64,000 bases of DNA from Gordius albopunctatus (Eukaryota), in the NCBI GenBank assembly GCA_964276515.1, contig OZ193909.1, positions 1,302,001 through 1,366,000 on the forward strand, given 5' to 3'. The translations under genes and the position numbers were made by a program. Below, one piece after another: positions 25,283 to 34,527 of the stretch. The notes beneath the pieces were generated by a model. The model saw only the letters and a list, made by a program, of their open reading frames with translations, was not told where the DNA came from and searched no databases. How positions within the stretch are numbered: position 1 is the stretch's first letter; every line of letters begins with the position of its first letter.

Positions 25283-26011
25283 CTAACCCCTGGCAGGGGC
25301 CGCGTCCTTTTTGACGTTGCGACCCTTAGGTGCGCCTCCGCCCCTGCCAGCTCTCGGAAAAAACTGCCTTCGTTGGGCGTCTTTTTTGACGTCTACGTCC
25401 GGCATTCTCATTTCTTTAAGCCAGGCCGAGTCTTGTGAGGCGGCTGTTTGCCAGTTGAATTTTATCGCAAGACACATCTTCTTGAGTTGGTCGTCTATTG
25501 GGATTAATTCTTCTAGGGTCATCGGTATTCGAGTGAGTTTCGCGCAATGTATCGCGAATTTAGCCTCGTGCTTGTCTCTCTTGGCTGCCTTGTTGTCGGG
25601 GTCTAGGATTAGTTCTTCTAGGCCCCGTCGGTGCAGGTTGATATCATCCAGTACCGATGCGATTGTGCGCGGAGGTTCTGGTGCTGGCATGATTTGGAGA
25701 GTTGACGGTGCCCCCTGCTGCGCATTTGGTGGCATTGTGGGGGTAGAAGCCATAGGTACGGGCCCCAGTGATGTCCGCTGTAGCAGTTGCTGGAGGGCCT
25801 CAGTTTGAACCCTTTGGGCTTCGGCTTGTCTTGTTAGGGCGTTAACGGCCGTTTCCTGCATAGTGGCTATTCTAGCCAGTAACCCCTCAACCGCATTGTC
25901 AGAGCCCATTCCAGACCTTAAGGTCGTATTAGTAGGAGGCGAGGTCATAGAAGTTTCTGGAGTTATTAAGAAAAAACTATTATGTTGGTCTTGGGACCTT
26001 GTATTCACCAT
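25283..26011 (-). CDS. Gag/core-like ORF1 of retroelement copy A
   Basis: 242 aa directly upstream of pol; coiled-coil-like N-terminus, Pro-rich linker, helical domain (KHEAKF, KFNWQTA), RG-rich basic tail; conserved in copy B and family 2. Confidence 0.7.
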   Translation of the reverse strand: MVNTRSQDQHNSFFLITPETSMTSPPTNTTLRSGMGSDNAVEGLLARIATMQETAVNALTRQAEAQRVQTEALQQLLQRTSLGPVPMASTPTMPPNAQQGAPSTLQIMPAPEPPRTIASVLDDINLHRRGLEELILDPDNKAAKRDKHEAKFAIHCAKLTRIPMTLEELIPIDDQLKKMCLAIKFNWQTAASQDSAWLKEMRMPDVDVKKDAQRRQFFPRAGRGGGAPKGRNVKKDAAPARG

Positions 26012-26377
26012 TCACTATTAAAAAATTTAGGGAATAGGCTTGGGGACAAGTCGGGCGAAATAGGTGAGGAGGGTGTCACGTAGGAAAAAAGACAAGTGAC
26101 ACCCGGAGGGCAGACGGGTGTATTTATACATTGGATGCCTAGGGTTTTGTTATGGTTCTAGATCGACTATTTCGATCGGTATTTCGTTTTCCCAAAAAGC
26201 CAGGTCAATGTCGTCGCCGTTTGGAAGCCCGTGCTGGAGGACGAAATCGATGTCCGTGCTAGTTTGCTCGCTATCCGGTATGTCGGGGGCCCATTGCCGG
26301 GATGGTTTATCGGCCGGGTTCAGGTGTGTCGGTATCCATGATAAGTTGAAATGTATGTTGAGCAAGTGTTTAACCCC

Positions 26378-27330
26378 TAGAGGTGTGCACGCATCAATCC
26401 GATCCGATCCGTCCGAACTCGGATCGGATCGGATCGGATTAACATTTTAATTTTGGAGATCGGATCGGATCGGATCAACATTTTATTTTAGTCGGATCGG
26501 ATCGGATACAATAATAATTAAATTAATAATTTTTAGTATACCTTTTCGTAATTATCTTTGCATTCTTTTTTTACTTTACCATTTTTGATGCCCAATACCA
26601 CCTCCTTACCCCTTACTTACCCTAATATATTTATCAGAATTTCCCTAGCGTTTTTCCCTAGCTAGACGTAGACACGCATCTCTTTCTATTTGATTTCAAC
26701 TCAACTCCGAAAATCATCAATCACTCCTCTCCCCTTTCCTTAAAGCACACGCGTAGCTCCTTTCCCTCTTGATTCCTATCCGGGTAATCATGAATGATGT
26801 AGCTTGCCTTCTTAGAAGCAATCTCCATGGTGCGATTGCAAATATGATTCAAAAAAAGATTTGCTGAAATGGTGGGTTTCATATCAAACAGTCCTGCCAA
26901 GGCTTTATAAGCTGGCAAATAAATTTTTAGCTATACCTGCTACCTCTACCACTTCGGAAAGAAATTTCTCGGTGGCTGGAAGAACATTAGAAGAAAGAAG
27001 AACGGGAATTAAACCAGAAAATTTAGATTCTTTATTATTTTTATATAATAACATGGAATTAGTCAAATAAAATTTTATATTTCAAGTATATTAAAATTGC
27101 TATACCTTATTTTTATGTATTTTGAATTTAATCATCAATAAAAAGTTCTGTTCGTAAAATTTTAATTAAAAAATTTCGGATCGGATCGGATGGGATTTAG
27201 ATTTTAAAAAACTCGGATCGGATCGGATTTAGATTTTAAAAAACTCGGATCGGATCGGATGGATACGAAATTTTTTAAAAACCCCTCGGATCGGATCGGA
27301 TCAAAAAAATTTGATCCGTGCACACCTCTA
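26378..27330 (+). mobile_element. Non-autonomous hAT inserted in the RNase H region of copy B
   Basis: TIR TAGAGGTGTGCACG / CGTGCACACCTCTA; TSD TTAACCCC (26370-26377, 27331-27338); (ATCGG)n subterminal repeats; ORF 26861-27070 LKWW..LAIPATSTTSERNFS. Confidence 0.95.
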
Positions 27331-29384
27331 TTAACCCCCCACGTTTTCACGAAGGTTGCTATTACTTCTTCGATGACGGGGGAATTCGATCCCTCTTTTT
27401 TAAGCACGTAGTAGGCTGTAGCCGAGTCTGTTATCAGCTTGGGGTGATCGTGGCCGCTGAGGAAGGAGCGGACGTACCCGTAGAGGACTGCTACCGTTTC
27501 GGATAGGGTAATGTGGTATGGTTCCCTCCATTGCCATCCGAGGAACGCTGCCGCATTTTTGAAGCTGTTGGAGTGTGGCCCGTAGTCGTCCATTATCCCG
27601 ATATGTGTCCCTGACGCATCTACGTAAACGATATTGGACGGTTTGACCCAGAGCGGTATGGTCTCGTGAGTTAACTTCAGGATCGCCATGAGTTTGTGTG
27701 CGGCTAAGTCCTTGTCAAACCATGGAGGATCGTCCCTTGTGAGGCTGTAGAAGCTAGAAAAAAGCTTGGACATACCCGTAAGGTTGTAGAAGAAGTAGTT
27801 GAGAATACCCAACGCTTAGAGTAGTGTGTTGGCCGGAACGTTTCGTGTTAGTGCTAGGAAGAGGATATCTGCTGCCACTTGTAGTCGATCCGCTGTTCCT
27901 TGCTTGCATTTGATGGCCGAGACGTCGAGCTTGAGCTCCATGCCTAAGTATTCGATGCGTTGTGATGGCATGATTGAAGATTTGGCCACGTTAATTGTTA
28001 GGCCCCATGCCTTGGCTAGGTCTGCTAGGCTTTCCAAGTCCTCTTGGACGTTGTCGTAATCGTTAGAGTATATTAGGAGATCGTCCAAGTAAACGTTGTA
28101 CTTTGATCGTTTGATTGCCTTCTTGGCCAAATCGCTCACTATCATTTGGAGCACGAAAGGGGAGAAGGAGGCCCCCATGGGGAGCACGTTATATTCGAAC
28201 GGTTTCCTTCTCCATACGTAGCCTAGGTACTTTTTGGTGCTCGGGTGGATTGGTATAGAGAAGAACGCGGCCTTGAAATAGATTTTGGCCGCCCATCTAG
28301 CCGCCGCTAGGTTCTTGGCTGTGAGTGGTATATTGGCTAGCTTCATGGGTTTGGGGATGAAGTTTCTAGAAGCATGTGAGAGATCGGTAATTACCCTAGC
28401 ATCCCCGTTGGGTTTTGCTATGAAGAAGGTGGCTGAACGGATTAAGAGTTTCGCCGCTCTGGATACGATGCCTGCTCGTACCATTTCCGTGAAGAAAGCC
28501 GGGGGGCCCTTTGAATACCTTTTCGATTTGGGGGGTTGTGTTAGCCCCCCATTCAGCCTGATCGTATACGCATCTAAGATGGCCTTGTAGCCCGATGTGG
28601 CTACTTTCCTGCTAAACGGCGACATGAGCTCGTGCGGCGTTAAGCGCGAGGTCCGTATGTCGAGGGCGCCGTCAGGTTTAGCGGTAGAGGACGCTTTACT
28701 CCAGCCGAAAAGCACCTTGTGTGCTTGTATCAGGGATCGGATTTGTCCCGATCCCGCGTCCCGGACGAGGGAAGGCTCGGAGTCCGCAAGGAGCTGTTCC
28801 GATTCTGTCGGAGATGGCAGGGCGTCGGTATGTGGCGGCGGAGTGGACGGCGGTGTGTCCGGCAGCTGCGGCCCGTCGTCATTCGGTGGCGAAAAGATTA
28901 TGCGTCGCGTCTCCCTAAGAAAGTGAAAAACACTTTTAAGCCACATAGGGGAGACCAAATCTGAGTCGCCATGGGGAGTCGGTTAGCCGTCTGGCCCGAA
29001 CTCCCAGTTTGCTGCTATTTTGTTGAGGCGTTTTCTAATTCCTGGCAGGGGGCGCGCCCTTTTTGACGTTGCGGCCCTTAGGTGCGCCTCCGCCCCTGCC
29101 AGCTCTCGGAAAAAACTGTCGACGCTGGGCGTCCTTCTTGACATCATCCACGTCCTGCATTCTCATTTCCTTGAGCCTTGCGAGGCAGCTGTTTGCCAGT
29201 TGAATTTAATGGCAAGGCACATTTTCTTAAGCTGCTAAACGCTAAATACCGTAAAACTTCTTAAGAATTTTACTATAATTCACCACCCTATTTTTCTCAT
29301 ATTTATCGTTTCTCGCACTCTGTCCGAACCTCTGTCGCTCGTAGATATAAAATTTTTACCCACCTTTTTCCCAAAATCTAGTAT

Positions 29385-30106
29385 ATGCCAAGGAAAGTCC
29401 CCTCGAAAAGCGTTGACGACATTCCCTTAAGTAAGTTCTTTTCGAAGTCAACCACGCAACTAGATAATACCACTGTCATGGCCTCCCCTAACAAAAACTC
29501 GATGATCGCCAACCCGGAAGGTAGCACCACAGTCTCGGATCCGGCTATTAAGCTGATCCTGAGTAGGTTAGCCGAGATGGACGCGAAAATTGATAACAGG
29601 CTACTCAGTGGTAGTGGAGAAACGATCAATGTGGACGATCGGCCACATTGGGCTCCGGCCCTACCCTCGGAGTCGGTCACAATGACTAGGGCCGAACTAG
29701 AGGCGTTACTAGCGACAGAAAGGGCTCGAGCAACAAACGTCCCTAGCTCCAGCGGAGAGATATTGAAACTCCGCCTCAAAGGACTCAAGGAAGCTATCGA
29801 AACAAATTACTCAATGCCAGCCCACCAGAAACACGAGGCCGAATTCCTTCTCAGCATGGGGAATCCATAAATGACTACGATAAGACAATCGACAAATTGT
29901 CAGACCGTGTTCGCACAATTGCAATGGCCTCATACTACGGGTGGCAGGCAGTAACAGGAAAATCTAAAGACTGGGCGGAGAAGATGGGTATGGGGCAATA
30001 CACTGAGCCCGTGCAGCTTTTTCGCCCGCCTCCTAAATACAATGGTCCAAGGAAGAGAGGCGCTTACCAAAAAGGGCCGGCTCCGTCTCGGACGGAGAGA
30101 ACGTAG
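29385..30106 (+). CDS. Gag/core-like ORF1 of family 2, split by a 1-nt frameshift near 29860
   Basis: ORFs 29385-29870 and 29897-30106 join through ATGGGGAAT; the joined protein aligns with family 1 gag (GLKEAI/GLEELI, KHEAEF/KHEAKF, YGWQAV/FNWQTA, WAEKMGM/WLKEMRM). Confidence 0.72.
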
Positions 30107-31952
30107 TTATGTGAGGAAGGTATCGGCGACCCTCGGCTGTGGTGTAAACCCGCCGAGGTCGGTGAGGGATGGTACTGTTCCGGCATGGCTTAACAACTAC
30201 ACCGCCATTGCCAGAAGCATCGCTATTAATTCCATCTCTCCCGACGATGGCCCGGAGTTGGAGGAGCCGATTCATCCTACCAACGCGCCGATACCGGAAC
30301 ATACAAGTGTGCCGGGGCACCTCCTAAACCAATGGACGGAGGTGGGTTTGGATAGCGACAACCCACCTATCATCAGCGAACCGTCCAATATCCCCTCTTT
30401 CCCCTCCCATCCCCTATCATCCTTCATTAACTTTACTCATCCTTTATCTATCCGAACATCTCTCCTCAAGCCCCATTATTTGCAATCAAAATTCACCCTC
30501 AGAGTGGCTAGAAGAGGTTTCAAACCTCGGATATCCAGGGCAGCTATTGTGGCTAACAATGGGCGTTACCACTTGCCTCGATATGTCAAAGCTATCCCCA
30601 AAGAGCATAAGCCACTGGTGGACGAGGTGATACTCAGCAATATCGTAAGGAAAAACCCACTGGGTATTCCTTCCCCTATGTATTTCATTCCTAAAAGTGA
30701 CGGCTCGCCAAGGCTCATTGCGGACTTGTCACAGGTCTCCAAGAATTTCATCAAATATCCTTTTACAATCAAGTCCATTCCTCTGATCGCATCATCATTA
30801 TCTGACTCACTATACATGACTAAGATAGACATGAAGTCTGCCTTCTTCTCTATTCCTTTAGCAGTTGAATCATCAAAATTCTTCGGTTTTCGATACAGAC
30901 GGCAGAAATACACATACAAAGTGCTCCCGATGGGGGCAAGTTTCTCGCCATATGTTTTACAACAAATCATGCTAGACCTATGTAAAAAATCAATTACAAG
31001 ATCCAAGTACAACGTTTATTTGGATGATATCCTCATTTTTGGGCGGTCAGAAACCTTAGTTAAAGCCGATACTCGGCGTTTCTTATACATGGCCAAGTGC
31101 TGGAACTTAACAATAAATCGGGCCAAATCATCATTGGAACCAAAAACTACTTTGGATTACTTAGGGATCCACGTAAACCTAGAAGATCATAGCCTAAAAG
31201 TGAACGCGAAATTCATATCCAAAATCGACGCGGCAGTACAAATCATCAACCACTTTGTGGACACGGGAACAAAGCCACACCCCCTGGTTTCCCAAACATG
31301 CTTAGGAATCCTCACGCATTATGTATATATGCTGACAGGGTGGTCAAAATTCATCTCCCCGGCCTATAACATCTTTCTGGCCAGTGATCCAATCAACTTC
31401 GACAAATCATGGTTGATCAGGAAGCTTCTACTCATTCAAAACCATCTCTCAACCCCCTTTTCCATGAAGCACTCTCCTAATGGCTTCACAGCCGGCGACG
31501 CCTCCACGTCCCACATTGGCCTTTTTTATAGAGGTTCCATCCTCTCAATTGCCAAAGGGGACGCGTTAGCCATCTTTGGCTGCCACAGCCTCATTCCTAC
31601 CATTAACCTTCTAGAACTGGTTGCCATCCCCTTAGCTTACATCTGGGCACTGGTCACCACACCGCACATCACACCTAAAGTCCTCACGGACTCCAAAACA
31701 GCATTCTACATTGTGAAGAAGGGTTCGGCACACGCTCCACACCTGGAACTGGCCTTCACGAAAATCTGCAGCACCCTGGGGCTAGATCACATGTTACGTA
31801 TCAAGCAAAACCTCGAATGGGTCAGCACGGACCACAACCCGGCGGACGCACCATCACGCGAAAGCTTTTTCAACGACGAACAACTGGGCAGGATCGTTTA
31901 CTGGACGCGCTCAAACATTTCATATCACCCAGAACAACAACTAATTTGCTAA
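30042..31952 (+). CDS. Reverse transcriptase-RNase H polymerase of family 2 (intact ORF)
   Basis: YFIPKSDGSPRLIADLSQVSK, KIDMKSAFFSIPL, LPMGASFSPYVL, YLDD, DYLG; RNase H GDAS, INLLE, TDS, WVSTDHNPADAPSR. Confidence 0.93.
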   Translation: MVQGREALTKKGRLRLGRRERSYVRKVSATLGCGVNPPRSVRDGTVPAWLNNYTAIARSIAINSISPDDGPELEEPIHPTNAPIPEHTSVPGHLLNQWTEVGLDSDNPPIISEPSNIPSFPSHPLSSFINFTHPLSIRTSLLKPHYLQSKFTLRVARRGFKPRISRAAIVANNGRYHLPRYVKAIPKEHKPLVDEVILSNIVRKNPLGIPSPMYFIPKSDGSPRLIADLSQVSKNFIKYPFTIKSIPLIASSLSDSLYMTKIDMKSAFFSIPLAVESSKFFGFRYRRQKYTYKVLPMGASFSPYVLQQIMLDLCKKSITRSKYNVYLDDILIFGRSETLVKADTRRFLYMAKCWNLTINRAKSSLEPKTTLDYLGIHVNLEDHSLKVNAKFISKIDAAVQIINHFVDTGTKPHPLVSQTCLGILTHYVYMLTGWSKFISPAYNIFLASDPINFDKSWLIRKLLLIQNHLSTPFSMKHSPNGFTAGDASTSHIGLFYRGSILSIAKGDALAIFGCHSLIPTINLLELVAIPLAYIWALVTTPHITPKVLTDSKTAFYIVKKGSAHAPHLELAFTKICSTLGLDHMLRIKQNLEWVSTDHNPADAPSRESFFNDEQLGRIVYWTRSNISYHPEQQLIC

Positions 31953-32836
31953 ACGCTAAATACCGTAAAACTTCTTAAGAATTTTACTATAATTCACCAC
32001 CCTATTTTTCTCATATTTATCGTTTCTCGCACTCTGTCCGAACCTCTGTCGCTCGTAGATATAAAATTTTTCGCGCGTTAGTTATACACAAAAAATCACA
32101 TGCATAATTTTCATGCTTTATAATATATATTTTATGCATATGAGGATGATAAAATAAAACAAGAGTTAGGGGAATATCCCATTGGGACTTCCCCTTCTCA
32201 AATTTTCTAGAGTCATTGAGCTTCGCACAATTGATGGCGAACTTAGCCTCGTGTTTGTCCCTCTTTGCTGCCTTGTTATCAGGGTGGATCAGCTCCTCCA
32301 GGCCTCGTCGGTGCAGGTTAATGTCATCTAAGACTGAGGCAACCGTGCGTGGTGGTTCCGGCGCTGGCATAATCTGGAGGGTCGAGGGCCCCCCTGGTTG
32401 CGTGTTTGGCGGCAACGTGGGGGTGGAAGCCATAGGTGCGGGCCTCAGCGAAGTCCGCTGTAATAATTTCTGTAGGGCCTCGGTCTGTACTCTTTGGGCT
32501 TCGGCTTGTCTTGTAAGGGCGTTTACGGCCGTTTCCTGCATGGTGGCTATTCTAGCCAGCAACCCTTCTACAACATTGTCAGAGCCCGTTCCTGACCTTA
32601 AGGTCACATTGGTAGGAGGTGAAGTCATAGAGGTTTCAGGTGTAATTAAGAAAAAACTAATCGTTTAATCGCGAATTTTTTTCAGGCCCAAGGCTCTGCA
32701 ATTAAACGGTTTCGACTGTATAAGAAAGATTTGCTATGGAATTTGCATGCGAGCGTTATTTTACAAATTTGTGAACAAGATTCTTTATATATTTAAAGGG
32801 GTTTGTAGAAAGTGATGTTTTGTTTGGTCGATTTTT

Positions 32837-34527
32837 AATTGCTATGCAATTTATGGCTTGGCTCGCTTTCCATTTTACGAATGTCGTCTTGTTTAACTAG
32901 TTTTTGGCTTCGAAACCCGGGGATTTTTTTGACGCTTTCCATTTTCCGAGTCTTGCACGAACAGTAGCATAGATCTCCCTCGCTGTGTTAGACCTCCCCA
33001 CATCATCCCTCTCTCCTTATCGATTTTTTTAATTAAAACGAGATACGTGCGGGAATCGAAACTAGTATCTATTGAAGCTAAGTGAGACGTTTAATCCGCT
33101 GAGCTATTACACCTGAAAATATTTATGGGATAATATCACTTATATATAGCTATAACATTTATTTTTTTTAAATTAAATTAATATTATGTTTTTGTTACCA
33201 TTGATATTTACCCTATGCCCGTCAGTCCAATTATTTAGAGATTCTCGCCCCTTCCCACCTTTCTCACCCATAAATTGCATAGCAAATATGCTACTTTTAT
33301 ACAGAGTATAGAAGAGTTCCCCCTTCCCTTCCCCTACTCCCATTGCCCCCTTCCTCTTACCACGAGGGCCGAAGCCTCGAGTTTTATGATTGTTCCTGTT
33401 ACTACCAATGCTATTATAACTTTTTGGCCGTCCGCTGGCTGCTGACCGATGGAAAAAATGACCATTGGCCAAAATGTGAATCGAAATTATTTTTTTCGTT
33501 TTTTTAGGCTAACATTGACAATTACCCTATGCCCTCCCCTAACAGAGCCTAAAAAAATATTTTTTTAATTAAATTTTTTTTCCGGTTTTTTTGACTCTTA
33601 TGATTGTTCCTGTTAATACCATTTGATAATATGGCTTATTGGCCGTCCGCTGGCTAGTGATCAATGAAAAAAATGACCATTAGGCAAAGTAAGCATCAAA
33701 ATTTTTTTTCTCGTTTTTTTGGCTAACAATGACTTAAAGAGTATCTGTTGGTACTGACCAATGGAAAAAAATGACCATTGGCCAAAGTGTGTATCGAAAT
33801 TTTTTTTTCGTTTTTTTGACTCGTATGTATTTATAGACCGTCTCTTGATACTGACCAATGGAAAAAATGACCATTGGCCAAATTGTAATTTAAAATTTTT
33901 TTTTCGTTTTTTTGACTCGTATGTATTTATAGACAGTCTCTTGGTACGGATCAATGGAAAAAAATTACCATTAGGCAAATTATGATTCGAATTTTTTGTT
34001 TCGTTTTTTTGACTCGCATGTATTTATAGACCGTCTCTTGGTACTGACCAATAAAAAAAATAAACATTGGCCATATTGCTTAAGTAAAGGCTAAAATTTC
34101 AAAATGCTCCTCCCAAAATCATTATTTTAGTTTTTGAATAGGTTAACATTGATAAATTGCCCTATGCTCTCCCCTACAAGTACCTATGTTTCTACTGATA
34201 TGGGTCCCTGTGCCCCTCCCTACAAAGGCTTATGCCTCTATTTAATGTGGGTTCGAATCCCGGCGAGGGCAATTTTTTTTTTAATTAAATGGAAAATTTG
34301 TATAAATAATTAACTAATCATTTTGCATTTAATACCCCTCTATAGGCATTTTCGCCCCTTCCCACCTTTCTCGCCCATATTTTTTAATTAGATGGAAAAT
34401 TTGTATAAACATTTTGCATATAACGCCCATAAATTGCATAGCAAATATGCTACGTTTATACGGAGTATAGATGAGTCGTCCCCCCTTCCCTTGTCCCCTC
34501 CCCAAGAGGGCCGAAGACCCGAGTTTT
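32837..34527 (+). mobile_element. Helentron-associated / DINE-1-like non-autonomous element with internal ~78-bp tandem array
   Basis: 5' subterminal IR AATTGCTATGCAATTTATGG after a T-run; its inverse CCATAAATTGCATAGCAAAT at ~33268 and ~34427, each followed by GAGGGCCGAAG(CCT/ACC)CGAG-TTTT; tandem units ~33420-34080; interrupts a MITE. Confidence 0.65.

Larger units (their letters stand above)
23234..26129 (-). mobile_element. Retroelement family 1, copy A (apparently intact): repeat-gag-pol-repeat, 2789-bp unit
   Basis: 107-bp direct repeats 23234-23340 and 26023-26129 (1 mismatch) bracket uninterrupted gag-like and RT-RNase H ORFs; no integrase or YR ORF. Confidence 0.88.
29233..32215 (+). 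mobile_element. Retroelement family 2: 125-bp repeat-gag-pol-125-bp repeat-~144-bp tail; 2714-bp unit
   Basis: Identical direct repeats 29233-29357 and 31947-32071; inserted antisense into copy B gag with loss of ~15 codons and no TSD. Confidence 0.9.
26130..32659 (-). pseudogene. Retroelement family 1, copy B (decayed): gag 32659-32216 + 29234-29035, pol 28958-27331 + 26377-26150
   Basis: Colinear with copy A; 5'-truncated near 32659; gag split by the family 2 element; first catalytic Asp changed (KIYFK vs KIDFK); frameshift near 27815; stop at 28983-28985; hAT inserted in RNase H. Confidence 0.88.

Noticed and set aside
25311..25808. Antisense ORFs over gag and pol (also 24845-25174, 28597-28926, 32216-32668)
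   Set aside because: Best explained as codon shadows of the sense ORFs in GC-richer DNA; no recognisable motifs.
29856..29864. Programmed -1 frameshift within family 2 gag
   Set aside because: ATGGGGAAT is not an XXXYYYZ heptamer and family 1 gag is continuous here; more likely a 1-nt deletion or sequencing error.
29233..32071. Conventional LTR retrotransposon
   Set aside because: No CA end, PBS, PPT, TSD, protease or integrase.
23100..32215. Hammerhead ribozyme or true Penelope-like element
   Set aside because: I found no CUGANGA/GAAA core in the repeats by eye; the RT has RNase H and no GIY-YIG domain. A covariance-model search was not run.
33047..33105. Functional tRNA gene
   Set aside because: A/B-box-like motifs only; no convincing acceptor or anticodon stem; embedded in a repeat.
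33420..34080. CRISPR-like array
   Set aside because: Whole ~78-bp units repeat with no unique spacers; eukaryotic context; no cas genes.
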